A stretch of 64,000 nt of DNA, taken from contig DLMJ01000042.1 in NCBI GenBank assembly GCA_002479255.1, positions 16,942 to 80,941 of the forward strand. The letters are read 5' to 3'. Each line of letters opens with the position of its first letter. The first letter of the stretch is position 1. Of this stretch, positions 40,417 to 50,392 are shown one piece after another. Source of the DNA: Candidatus Binatus soli (lineage in GTDB: Bacteria > Desulfobacterota > Binatia > Binatales > Binataceae). The position numbers were made by a program, and so were the translations under genes. The notes beneath the pieces are model-generated. The model did no database searches, was not told the DNA's origin, and saw nothing but the letters and a program-made list of their open reading frames with translations.

Positions 40417-41946
40417 GTGATCCTGATTCTCGATTTCGGCAGCCAGTACACGCAGCTGATCGCGCGCCGCGTGCGCGAAGCCAACGTGTATTGCGAAATC
40501 CATCCGTTCAACTTCGCGCCCGAAAAAATCCGCGCGATGAATCCGCGCGGGATAATTCTTTCCGGCGGACCGGCCAGTCTCTACGAGCAGAATGCGCCGG
40601 ATATCGCCGACGAGGTGCTCAATCTTGGCTGTCCGGTGCTTGGGATCTGCTACGGCCTGTACGTGATCGCGCAGCATATGGGGGCGCGCAGCGTGGGCTC
40701 GCGACAGCGCGAATACGGACCCGCAACGCTGGTGATCGACGGCGACGACGTGCTGTTCGAAGGGCTCAGCGGGCGGGAGCATCGCGTCTGGATGAGTCAC
40801 GGCGACCGGGTCGAGACGATTCCGGGCACGCTATGCGCGATCGCACACAGCGACAACTCGCCCTATGCGGCGTTCAAGACGCGCGCCGGGCGCATCCGCG
40901 GCATCCAGTTTCATCCCGAGGTCGTGCACACACCGTGCGGCACGCAGGTGCTCCGCAACTTCGTGCTGAAGATCTGCGGCGAGCGCGGCGATTGGACGAT
41001 GGCGAATTTTGTCGAGACGAAACTCGCGGAGATTCGCAAGCAGGTCGGGCCGAGCGACAAGGTCCTGATGGGACTGTCGGGCGGCGTCGATTCTTCCGTG
41101 GCGGCCGCGCTGATACATCGCGCGATCGGCTCGCGGCTGCATTGCGTGTTCGTCGATACCGGCCTGCTGCGCGCGGGCGAGCGCGAGCGGATGGAGAATA
41201 CGTTCGCGCGCCAGCTCGGGATCGGTCTCAAGGTTACAGATGCGTCCGATCTTTTTCTGTCGCGACTGGCGGGCGTGCTCGACCCCGAGCAAAAGCGGCG
41301 CATCATCGGACATACTTTCATCGACGTGTTTGAATCCGAGGAAGTCGTTCAGGGCGCGAAATTTCTCGGCCAGGGAACGCTCTACCCGGACGTGATCGAA
41401 TCGGTCTCGTTCAAGGGACCGTCGGCGATGATCAAGAGCCATCATAACGTCGGCGGATTGCCGGAGCGGATGCGCCTGGAACTGGTCGAACCGTTGCGCG
41501 AGTTGTTCAAGGATGAAGTGCGAGAAGTGGGCCGGCGGCTGGGGCTGGCGGCGGAGGTCGTCGAGCGGGAACCGTTTCCCGGCCCCGGGCTTGCAGTGCG
41601 AATCGTCGGCGAGGTCACGCGCGAGCGGCTCGATCTGTTACGGCGCGCGGACGCGATCGTGATGGAAGAAACGGCGACGGCGGGCTTCGGACTCAAATTA
41701 TGGCAGGCATTCGCCGTGCTGCTGCCGCTCAAGACCGTGGGCGTGATGGGCGACGGGCGCAGCTACGAAAGCGTGATTGCGATTCGCGCGGTCGAGTCGA
41801 TGGACGGCATGACGGCGGATTGGGCGCGCCTGGATCCCGCGTTTCTTGCGCGCGTGTCCAGCCGTATCACCAACGAGGTCAAGGGCGTCAACCGCGTCGT
41901 TTACGACATCACGTCAAAGCCGCCCGCGACGATCGAGTGGGAGTGA
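40417..41946 (+). CDS. guaA: GMP synthase (glutamine-hydrolysing)
   Basis: ILILDFGSQYTQLIARRVRE class-I GATase N-terminus plus PP-loop SGGVDSS; GTG start at 40417 chosen by alignment to the E. coli N-terminus. Confidence 0.9.
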   Translation: MILILDFGSQYTQLIARRVREANVYCEIHPFNFAPEKIRAMNPRGIILSGGPASLYEQNAPDIADEVLNLGCPVLGICYGLYVIAQHMGARSVGSRQREYGPATLVIDGDDVLFEGLSGREHRVWMSHGDRVETIPGTLCAIAHSDNSPYAAFKTRAGRIRGIQFHPEVVHTPCGTQVLRNFVLKICGERGDWTMANFVETKLAEIRKQVGPSDKVLMGLSGGVDSSVAAALIHRAIGSRLHCVFVDTGLLRAGERERMENTFARQLGIGLKVTDASDLFLSRLAGVLDPEQKRRIIGHTFIDVFESEEVVQGAKFLGQGTLYPDVIESVSFKGPSAMIKSHHNVGGLPERMRLELVEPLRELFKDEVREVGRRLGLAAEVVEREPFPGPGLAVRIVGEVTRERLDLLRRADAIVMEETATAGFGLKLWQAFAVLLPLKTVGVMGDGRSYESVIAIRAVESMDGMTADWARLDPAFLARVSSRITNEVKGVNRVVYDITSKPPATIEWE

Positions 41947-41949
41947 CAG

Positions 41950-43395
41950 GTGACGGTTCGCACGCGCTTCGCGCCGAGCCCGACCGGCTCGCTGCATATC
42001 GGTAACGTCCGCTCGGGGCTGTTCGCCTACCTCTACGCGCGGCACAACGGCGGGCAGTTCATCGTGCGCATCGACGACACCGATCGCGAACGATCGACGA
42101 AGCAGTCGCTCGACGAAATCCTCGCGGACCTGAAGTGGCTCGGGATGGAGTGGGACGAAGGTCCGCCCGATGAGGCATACTTTCAGACCAATCGAGTCGA
42201 GCGGCATCGTGAAGCGGCGCTTAGATTGCTGCGCGAGCGAAAGGCGTATCCGTGCTACTGCTCGGCGGAGGAACTCGACGCCAGGCGCAAGCAGGCCGAG
42301 CGCGAGCGTCGCAGGCCCGTTTACGATCGCAAATGCCGCGGGCTCGGCTTTCCAGCGGATCTGGCGCTGCCCGACAAATCCGCCGGACGCAACTATACGA
42401 TCCGGTTCGCGATGCCGCTGGCTGGCGAGACGGTCGTCGATGATCTCGTGAAGGGCCGGATGGTCTTTCAGAACACCGAGCTCGACGACTTTATCATTGT
42501 TCGTTCGGACGGCTCGCCGATTTACAACTTCGCGAGCATTCTCGACGACGTGGACATGCGCATCACGCACATCGTTCGCGGCGACGACCACGTCTCGAAT
42601 ACCCCGCGCCAGATGCAGATGGCGTACGCGCTCGGGTTTACGCCGCCAGCCTTCGCACATTTGCCGCAAGTGCTGGGGCCCGACGGGTCTCCACTGTCAA
42701 AGCGCCACGGCGCGACTTCGGTGATCGCCTATCGCGAGAACGGCTATTTCCCGGAGGCGATGCTGAACTATCTGGCGCGCCTTGGATGGTCCCACGGCGA
42801 CCAGGAAATTTTCTCCAAGGACGAACTGATCAGTTATTTTGGCTTCGAGGCCTGCGGAAAATCAGCCGGCGTATTCAACGCCGAGAAATTGCTCTGGCTC
42901 AATTTCCATTACCTGAAGGAGCGGCCGATCCCACGGCTGGCGGCTGAGATCAAGCCATTCATCGCCAGGCGCGGATGGCCGATTCCGGGCGACGACGCGT
43001 GGCTCGAAAAGGCGGTCGCAACCCTGCACGAGCGCGCCAAGACGCTCGTCGAGCTGGTGGACTTTGCGTCGTTCTACCTGAAGGACGAGATCGAGATCGA
43101 TTCGAAAGCGGCGGCGAAATTCCTGAAGCCGGAAATCGCGGAACCAATCCGGGCGCTGGCTGCGGAGCTCGAATCGATCGAGGGCGAGGTCTCCGAGGCG
43201 TCGGTGCAGGCGGTTTTCGAATCGGTCCTCGCGCGATTCAACCTCAAGCTCGGGCAACTCGCGCAACCGGTCCGCGTCGCGCTCACCGGCGGCGCCGTCA
43301 GCCCCGGGATTTACGAGGTGATCGCGGTGCTCGGTAAACGCCGCACCGTCGATCGCCTGAACGCCGCCGTCCGCCTAATTGAGCAGCCTGCCTGA
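41950..43395 (+). CDS. gltX: Glutamyl-tRNA synthetase
   Basis: RFAPSPTGSLHIGN HIGH-region; class I fold. Confidence 0.9.
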   Translation: MTVRTRFAPSPTGSLHIGNVRSGLFAYLYARHNGGQFIVRIDDTDRERSTKQSLDEILADLKWLGMEWDEGPPDEAYFQTNRVERHREAALRLLRERKAYPCYCSAEELDARRKQAERERRRPVYDRKCRGLGFPADLALPDKSAGRNYTIRFAMPLAGETVVDDLVKGRMVFQNTELDDFIIVRSDGSPIYNFASILDDVDMRITHIVRGDDHVSNTPRQMQMAYALGFTPPAFAHLPQVLGPDGSPLSKRHGATSVIAYRENGYFPEAMLNYLARLGWSHGDQEIFSKDELISYFGFEACGKSAGVFNAEKLLWLNFHYLKERPIPRLAAEIKPFIARRGWPIPGDDAWLEKAVATLHERAKTLVELVDFASFYLKDEIEIDSKAAAKFLKPEIAEPIRALAAELESIEGEVSEASVQAVFESVLARFNLKLGQLAQPVRVALTGGAVSPGIYEVIAVLGKRRTVDRLNAAVRLIEQPA

Positions 43396-43471
43396 ACCAA
43401 CAGCGCGCCTGGTCACTGCGATCCGCTGCCCGGCACTTTCCCGCTGCTCATCCACATAGTACCTTTGTAGC

Positions 43472-44074
43472 ATGAGTGTACTTGTGCCCTACGTAGTCGA
43501 GCAGACCGGCCGCGGCGAGCGTTCTTACGATATCTTTTCGAGATTGCTCAAGGACCGGATCGTGTTCCTGGGCGGGACCGTCACCGACGACGTTGCCAAC
43601 CTGGTCACCGCGCAGCTCCTGTTCCTCGAGTCCGAGGATCCGGAGCGCGAAATAAACATGTACATCAACTCGCCGGGCGGATCGGTCACCGCCGGCCTGG
43701 CTATCTACGACACGATGCAATTCGTGAAGCCTCCTGTCTCGACGCTATGCGTGGGGCAGGCCGCCAGCATGGGATCTCTGCTGCTGGCCGCAGGAGCCAA
43801 GGGCAAAAGATACGCGCTGCCGCACTCGCGGATACTGATTCATCAGGTCTCCGGCGGGTTCGAGGGACAGGCGAGCGATATCGAGATTCACGCGCGCGAG
43901 GCGTTGCGTCTTCGCGAAATCCTCAACAACATCCTTGCTCATCATACCGGCCAAAATGCCAAGAAGGTCGAGAAGGATACCGACCGCGACAACTTCATGT
44001 CCGCGGCGCAGGCAGTCGAATACGGACTTATCGACGAAGTGATTTCCGGCCGGCCGCTCAAGGCCTCGCTCTAG
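43472..44074 (+). CDS. clpP: ATP-dependent Clp protease proteolytic subunit
   Basis: End-to-end ClpP similarity including GQAASMGS around the active-site Ser. Confidence 0.95.
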   Translation: MSVLVPYVVEQTGRGERSYDIFSRLLKDRIVFLGGTVTDDVANLVTAQLLFLESEDPEREINMYINSPGGSVTAGLAIYDTMQFVKPPVSTLCVGQAASMGSLLLAAGAKGKRYALPHSRILIHQVSGGFEGQASDIEIHAREALRLREILNNILAHHTGQNAKKVEKDTDRDNFMSAAQAVEYGLIDEVISGRPLKASL

Positions 44075-44092
44075 CCGAGGCCCGGCCTGCGC

Positions 44093-46502
44093 TTGGCCAT
44101 GGACGCGCAACATAACCTCGAAGGCCGGGCTGACCAAAAGATCGAACGGTTCCGAATTCGCGGGATGCATTGCGCGAATTGCGCGAGCATCATCGAAAAC
44201 GCCGTCGCGCCGGTTCCCGGCGTCATCGACGCCCATGTAAATTTCGCCGCCGAAACGCTCACCGCGCGCGTCAGCGACAAACTTGCTGCCGGTGAAATCG
44301 AGGCGAGGGTCGCGGCCGCCGGCTATAGCGCGATCGCCGAGTCGAACAGCATTGGCGCGGGCGAATCCGCTCTCGATCGCCAGGATGCGCGCCGCAACCT
44401 GCAGTGGGTAGTCTGCACTGCGATTGGCACGGCAGTCGTCATGTATTTGCAGCATCGCGAGAGCAGCGCCGCGCGCATCGCGACGCTCGTCGCCGCCACG
44501 ACACTGATGTTCACCGCCGGCCTGACCTTCTACCGCGGCGCATGGAGCGCCGCACGCAATCGCACCGCAAACATGGATACGCTGGTCGCGCTTGGCATCA
44601 GCGCCGCCTACTTCTACTCAATACTTACCACGTTTCCCGCTATCTTCTTCGCGGGTCCGCGATTCTTCGATACTGCCGCCGAGCTGATCCTTTTTATTCG
44701 CTTTGGCAAATTCCTCGAGGCGCGCGCTCGCGGCCGCGCGATGGCTGCGTTGCGATCCTTGCTGACCCTCGTCCCCGACGTTGCCACTGTGGTGCGCGAC
44801 GGCAAGGAGCGCGTCGTGCCCGTTTCCGAGTTGGCCGTCGGCGACATCGTGCTGGTCAGGCCCGCTTCCAGAATTCCGGTTGACGGTGTGATCGTCACCG
44901 GCGCCAGCGCCATCGACGAGTCGATGCTTACGGGCGAGTCGATGCCGGCGGACAAGTCGGCGGGCGATGAGGTCTCCGGCGGCACGCTGAACACCGCCGC
45001 TGCGATTACGCGTCGGCGCGCGATTTGTGCCGGCGGTGATCGTGACCGCGGCGCTCACCTTTTCTGTGTGGATGTGGTTCGGCCCGAGTCTCGTGATGGC
45101 GTTGACTGCGATGACCGCCGTGTTGGTGATCGCATGCCCGTGCGCGATGGGATTGGCGACGCCGACTGCGCTTATGGTCGGTAGCGGGCTCGGCCTGCGC
45201 GCGGGGATTTTGTTCAAGCGGGCATCCGCCCTCGAACTGATCACGAGAATCCGGGTCATGCTGTTCGACAAAACCGGCACGCTGACGGTCGGCCGGCCGG
45301 AACTCGAGTCGGTCGTCGCGCTCGACGGCGACGAGAATAGTGCGCTGTCCTTTGCGGCGATCGCCGCCGCCGGATCGATTCATCCGCTGTCGCGAGCCGT
45401 CACCTCCAGCGCGCAAACGCGAAACCTCGCGCCGCAATTCACTCCCGACAACTCACGCGAGATACCGGGCCTGGGCGTTACAGCCGAGCATCACGGAAAA
45501 CAGATCGCGCTTGGCAACGACCGGCTGATGACGCAGGCCGGCGCCGCTGTCGATTCTCGCGCCCGCGACGAGGCGGCTCGCATAGCAGCATCTGCGGCGA
45601 CGCCGCTGTTTCTCGCGATCGATCGCAAGGTGACGGCGGTGCTTGCTTTCCGCGATCCGGTCAAGGCCGAGGCACGCGGCGCGATCGCGGCGCTGCATCG
45701 GATGGGCATCCGCACGGTGATGATTTCCGGCGACAACGCTGAAGTCGTAAAGACCGTCGCTGCTCGATTGGGAGTCGACGAGTTCCATGCGCAACTGATG
45801 CCGGCGGACAAGATTGCGCTCGTCAAGCGGTACCAGGACTCCGGCCTGTTCACCGCGATGGTCGGCGACGGAATCAACGACGCGCCCGCAATTGCCGCCG
45901 CGGACATCGGAATCGCGATCGGCTCCGGCACCGACGCCGCCAAGGAAACCGGCGACGTCGTGCTCACCCGCGACGACTTGTACGACATCGTCCGCGCACT
46001 CGTGCTCGGCCGCGTGACGCTGAACAAGGTGAAGCAAAATCTTTTCTGGGCGTTTTTCTACAACGCGCTCGGAATTCCGATCGCGGCCGGCGTTCTGTAT
46101 CCGCGGTTTGGAATCATGCTGAATCCCGCCCTTGCCGGACTTGCGATGGCGCTGTCGAGCGTCAGCGTCGTCAGCAACGCGCTACTGCTCAATTTAACCG
46201 GCCCGCGAAAATTGCGGGCAGTGCGCGCCGAAATCGAAGCAGTGCCGGGCGCTGCTCCACCGAGTTCCTCGACTCCGCCACAAGCGCGCAGCGAGGTCCC
46301 TGAAAAGAAGGAGATCGCAATGGCAACGAAATTAAAATGCGAAAAATGCGGCTTCGAGACCGCGATGCCGACGCATTGCAATCGCCCGATGCACTCTGAA
46401 CGCGTCGGCCACGAAACCAGGCTGGTGTGCTGGATGGGTCCCGACTGCGGTGTCGCCGATGTACCCAAGCATTGCGATGCGCCCATGCGCGACGCCGCCT
46501 AG
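44093..46502 (+). pseudogene. copA: Cu(I)-translocating P1B-type ATPase (CopA-like), disrupted by a frameshift and a missing ~30-codon segment near 44990-45030; carries a Cys/His-rich C-terminal extension
   Basis: HMA domain GMHCANCAS, TGES, CPC, DKTGT, YN and MxxSS Cu-signature motifs. The frame switches from +2 to +0 between GGTLNTAAAI and FVPAVIV, and the conserved ...AQ.SKAPIQ.LAD... block is absent. Confidence 0.55.
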
Positions 46503-46595
46503 CACATACACACGACCGCTTTCATCGGGCCCATCGGGCTGCGACTATGGGCAATTGGGTGGGCATCGAGCCAGCTTCCAGCCGGGAGGATACGA

Positions 46596-47378
46596 ATGCC
46601 GAGCCGGGTTCATCAATTCTACGCGGTAGCTTTCGAGGAAAACTTTTCGCTCCGCCAGATAGCGCCCGCTTTTCCCGAGGCCAGGATATCGCCGCTCGAA
46701 ATGTTCGTGCCGATCGAACCCGACGGCGGCCTCTACGTCTTTCCCTTCGGCGCCATCGTCTCGCACGACGTTCCGGTCGAACAGCGCGAACGCATATTCG
46801 CACGCCTCACCCGCGCCATGCCAAAACTCACCACCCGGATCATTCGCGAGGATTACTCCGTGCTGGAGGATCCTGCCGCGCCGATCGGAATTTCCGGCGG
46901 GATGCTGCGGGTCGACAAGCTCACTTCCCAACGCGCAGAAATCGTCGCGCTGACGGTCGCTCAGAGCGCGGCGATGGAATACTACGAGCGAATCGTGGAC
47001 AGCCTCTTTGCGCGGACCGCACAGTTGGTCGATCGGATGGCGTCGCACGGCACCGTGCCGTATCGGATTACGCCCTTGCATCGCTTCATCGGCGAAGCGA
47101 TTTCGTCGCGCACCGAAGTTCTCGCCGTGCTCCATCTGCTCGACAAGCCCGACGCTGCATGGGAAGACCCCGCGATGGACCTCATCTACGACGACCTGCG
47201 CGATGAATTCGATCTCGTCGATCGTTACGCTGCGCTGACCAGCAAGCTGCAAAGCATCCAGGACTCGCTGGTTCTGGTCCTGGACGTCGCCCGCGACCGC
47301 CGCCTGGTATTGCTCGAAGTCGTTGTCGCGCTGCTGATTTTGCTGGAAATAATCTTGGGCGTCATTCACTTCACGTAG
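46596..47378 (+). CDS. DUF155 (RMD1/YagE-family) protein with a C-terminal TM helix
   Basis: Profile-like match to the DUF155 core (YVFPFGAIV..., KLTSQRAEIVALTVAQSAAMEYYE); GGGAGG SD 6 nt upstream. Confidence 0.65.
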   Translation: MPSRVHQFYAVAFEENFSLRQIAPAFPEARISPLEMFVPIEPDGGLYVFPFGAIVSHDVPVEQRERIFARLTRAMPKLTTRIIREDYSVLEDPAAPIGISGGMLRVDKLTSQRAEIVALTVAQSAAMEYYERIVDSLFARTAQLVDRMASHGTVPYRITPLHRFIGEAISSRTEVLAVLHLLDKPDAAWEDPAMDLIYDDLRDEFDLVDRYAALTSKLQSIQDSLVLVLDVARDRRLVLLEVVVALLILLEIILGVIHFT

Positions 47379-47494
47379 TAGGCGTTTTCGCGGCCTCCGA
47401 ATTCATATTGCCGAAACACTGGTCTGGTAGGTTCCTGGCCGCGCGAACTTTAGCCTCGCGCTGGTGCGACCCCATGCATCATCGGGGACATGTC

Positions 47495-47926
47495 ATGTCA
47501 TACGAAAAGGGAATCGACGCCGGACTCCTCCTACCCGGACAGTACGTCGATCTGGTCAGGCGAAATGAGATCATCGAGGGTGAACTGAAACTTTTGCTGG
47601 CCGTTCTGGAAGACGCGATTCGATGCTACCTGCGAAACGTGAACGCGAAGGACGGCGAGCGCCGCGGCGACTTCATCGAGGTCAGAAACTGGTTCGAAGC
47701 CGGGGGCGGTGCGGCCGTCGCCAGACGCGCGGATATTTTCAGCTTCGACAATCTTTGCGCTGCGCTTGGCATCGAGCCGCGTTGCCTGCTTGCGCGCCTG
47801 CAGATTCTCACAATCTCCGATCTGCCGTCGCGGCGTTTCCAGATGCGCCGCCATCGCCCGCTGTCGAGTCTGCAACATGCAAACGGCGCGCGTCAGCGCG
47901 GCCCGGCCCGCTCCCACGGCTCGTGA
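47495..47926 (+). CDS. Hypothetical protein (start taken at internal Met MSYEKG)
   Basis: ORF track 47408..47926; no recognisable family. Confidence 0.4.
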   Translation: MSYEKGIDAGLLLPGQYVDLVRRNEIIEGELKLLLAVLEDAIRCYLRNVNAKDGERRGDFIEVRNWFEAGGGAAVARRADIFSFDNLCAALGIEPRCLLARLQILTISDLPSRRFQMRRHRPLSSLQHANGARQRGPARSHGS

Positions 47927-48005
47927 CGCCGCGAAAAAAGCGTCGGTCCCCGTCAAACCGCCAGGAGTTGCCGTGTCGGCTACGATCTCACCAGACTAAC
48001 TCTCG

Positions 48006-48320
48006 TTAGTCACGCCATCGCACCCAGTCCGGATGATGTTTGTGGATCCATTCCGGATGGTGGTCGAACCACCAACCGCGGTCGCGCCATACGTGATGCT
48101 CGTCCCAGTCGCCGTCGACGGCGCGCCACTGGGGGTACACCTTGACCCATTCGGGATGATGGTGCCAGACCCATGCGGGGTGGTGTTCGTGCCACCAGCG
48201 CGCGTCGTGCCATACGTGATGGTTGTCCCAATCACCGTAGTTGCGCGCATGTGAAACCGCCGGCGCAGCGGCGAAGACGGCTGTCAGTGCTGCGGCGGCG
48301 AATATGGTTCGAAGTTTCAT
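48006..48320 (-). CDS. Secreted His/Trp-rich repeat protein (two ~35-aa repeats with HHVW...HHPxWV motifs); candidate periplasmic metal-binding protein
   Basis: Signal peptide MKLRTIFAAAALTAVFAAAPAVSHA, AGGAGG SD 7 nt upstream; 18 His and 14 Trp in an ~80-aa mature chain. Confidence 0.7.
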   Translation of the reverse strand: MKLRTIFAAAALTAVFAAAPAVSHARNYGDWDNHHVWHDARWWHEHHPAWVWHHHPEWVKVYPQWRAVDGDWDEHHVWRDRGWWFDHHPEWIHKHHPDWVRWRD

Positions 48321-48509
48321 TCCTGGTGCCTCCTGGATAGCCTCACGAGAATAATACGACGGATCGATAGTGGCAGTTTCAAGGCGGCCAGAAAATCGCC
48401 AAGGATCAGCAAGCTTCGGCCCGATTAGCCCCAATTCGTGGCTGCCTCGCAAAATCTACAGAATGAAGAACGCGAATGCGGTCAAGCTGCCGACGGCATA
48501 CGAGTCGGT

Positions 48510-48585
48510 TGGTGGGCAGGGAGTGAATCGAACACTCGACACAAGGATTTTCAGTCCTTTGCTCTACCGACTGAGCTACCTGCCC
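48510..48585 (-). tRNA. tRNA-Phe (anticodon GAA), CCA encoded
   Basis: Cloverleaf: acceptor GGGCAGG/CCTGCCC, D-arm TAGCTCAGTCGGTAGAGC, anticodon loop CTGAAAA, T-arm GGTTCGATTCC. Confidence 0.9.
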
Positions 48586-48660
48586 ACCGTGTTTGGTCAC
48601 GTCCGCCGTGAAGCGAACCATCATTCGTACCGATGATTGCCGCGCCTTGCAACGGCCCAT

Positions 48661-49662
48661 TCATCGCTTGAGGCCCGCCACCCGCGACTCGACGAAATCA
48701 ATCACCCGGCCTTCCAGATTCACGCCGTCGAGCCTGTCGATCTCCTGCACTCCGGTCGGACTCGTCACATTCACCTCGGTCAGGTAGTCGCCGATGATGT
48801 CGAGCCCGACAAAGTACAGCCCGTCGCGCTCGAGGCGCGGCTTCAGCATCCGGCAGATATCGCGATCGCGCGCCGTGATCGGCGCCTTGACGCAAGTGCC
48901 GCCGACGTGGATGTTGCCGCGATGCTCGTCCTCGCGCGGCACCCGCAGCGTGCATCCTAGAGGTTCTCCGTCCAGCACGATCAGCCGCTTGTCGCCGTTG
49001 CGAGCCTCAGGGATATAGCGCTGCGCCATGATTGGACGCGACTCGTATTGCGTCACCGTCTCGAGAATCGCGCCGAGGTTGCGATCCCTGGTCGTGACGA
49101 GGAACACGCCTTCGCCGCCGTGTCCGTCCAGCGGCTTCACGATCATCTCGCCGCCCTGTTCGTCAAGAAAAGCCTTCAGGCGGGGAATTTCATAGGTGAC
49201 GAGCGTCGGCGGAATCGCGTCGGGAAAATTCAGCGAGTAGAGCTTTTCGTTGGCTTCGCGAAGGCCGGCCGGATGGTTGATTACAAACGTGCGCCGGCTG
49301 TCGGCCAGGCTAAGCAGCATCGTGGCGTAGAGATAAGCCGCATCGGCGGGCGGATCCTTGCGCATGAAGATCGCATCGAAAGTCTCCAGCGGATACTCGG
49401 CGCCCTCGTCGAGGAACCGGTGATGAGGACTCCCGCGCGTCACCTCGCATTGCCGCGCCCGCGCGATCACATTCGGGCCGCGCGCGTAAAGGTCGCGAAT
49501 CCCGAGGACATAGATTTCATGGCCGCGGAATTGCGCCTCGAGAATGAACACAAACGTCGTGTCCTTGTCGACCAGAACCCGTTCCAGCGGGTCCATGACG
49601 AACGCGAACTTGCGCGCCACCCTTTTATTCCGTTTCGGCATCTTCGCTTGACCCTTGCGCAT
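48661..49662 (-). CDS. gshB: Glutathione synthetase (prokaryotic ATP-grasp type)
   Basis: Collinear with E. coli GshB (MRKDPP, GDKRLIVLDGEP, FVGLDIIGDYLTEVNVTSPTG); the start may be ATG 49641 rather than 49662. Confidence 0.85.
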   Translation of the reverse strand: MRKGQAKMPKRNKRVARKFAFVMDPLERVLVDKDTTFVFILEAQFRGHEIYVLGIRDLYARGPNVIARARQCEVTRGSPHHRFLDEGAEYPLETFDAIFMRKDPPADAAYLYATMLLSLADSRRTFVINHPAGLREANEKLYSLNFPDAIPPTLVTYEIPRLKAFLDEQGGEMIVKPLDGHGGEGVFLVTTRDRNLGAILETVTQYESRPIMAQRYIPEARNGDKRLIVLDGEPLGCTLRVPREDEHRGNIHVGGTCVKAPITARDRDICRMLKPRLERDGLYFVGLDIIGDYLTEVNVTSPTGVQEIDRLDGVNLEGRVIDFVESRVAGLKR

Positions 49663-50392
49663 CGTGAAGTAACCCCGCCGCTATGCTGACCGCGGCCACC
49701 GCCGCTGTCTCGCTCCTGAGGCGATTTGGCCCAAGTCCGGCCGCGACGAATCCGGCGTTCGCGGCTTTCGCGCGCTCCTCATCGTCGAAATCGCCCTCCG
49801 GTCCAACCGCTATCAATATCGCACGCGGACGCAAGCGTCGAATCACGCCGGCGAGCGGCTCGCCGCCCTTCGCACAGATTACGGCGAGCGTCCGGGGCGC
49901 CACGGCGCGAACCATGCCGTCAACGCCGATCGGCGATCGCACTTCCATCGCGGCCGGGGACTGGCTCTGCTTTGCGGCGGCGATCGCGAGCCTGCCCCAT
50001 CGCGCCAGCCGATCCGCTCCCGGCAAACGGACCAATCCGCGCGCACAGACGATCGGCCATAGCTCCGATGCGCCCAACTCGGCCGCCTTCTCGACCACGA
50101 AATCCATTCGCGGGCCTTTGACGATTGCGGCGGCCAGAATGATTCGAGCTCGGGCGGGCGAAGGCGACTGCGATGACGATGATTCGACGCGAATTACGGC
50201 GCGGTCGCGTTCGTAGCGCTCGATTGTGCCCCGATGCTCGACGCCCGCAGGATCGAGCAACGACACGCGCGCATCGACGGCCAGCCGCAGGACCGTGCGC
50301 ATGTGATGCAACTCCGCGCCCTCGACGTGCGCGAGGCGGGCCGCGTCCGGCGCGCGCGCGATCGAAAAACGCGGCGGCAACGAAACGCCCAT
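49625..50392 (-). CDS. rsmE: 16S rRNA (uracil1498-N3)-methyltransferase RsmE
   Basis: SPOUT-class RsmE C-terminal motifs (IAVGPEGDFDDEE, LGPNRLRSETAAVAA). ATG at 50392 overlaps the prmA stop; the track's 464-aa extension is rejected. Confidence 0.85.
   Translation of the reverse strand: MGVSLPPRFSIARAPDAARLAHVEGAELHHMRTVLRLAVDARVSLLDPAGVEHRGTIERYERDRAVIRVESSSSQSPSPARARIILAAAIVKGPRMDFVVEKAAELGASELWPIVCARGLVRLPGADRLARWGRLAIAAAKQSQSPAAMEVRSPIGVDGMVRAVAPRTLAVICAKGGEPLAGVIRRLRPRAILIAVGPEGDFDDEERAKAANAGFVAAGLGPNRLRSETAAVAAVSIAAGLLHDAQGSSEDAETE

Noticed and set aside
43395-43471. Sigma-32 or CtsR heat-shock promoter upstream of clpP
   Set aside because: There is only a partial CCACATAG -10-like element and no CTTGAAA -35. 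It is not supportable from sequence alone.
46545-47369. 274-aa minus-strand ORF
   Set aside because: It is antisense to the DUF155 gene, which has a family match and a strong SD.
48370-48660. ORFs 48370..48636 (+) and 48406..48660 (-), and 54140..54382 (+)
   Set aside because: They overlap tRNA-Phe and tRNA(CAU) respectively, so they are spurious.
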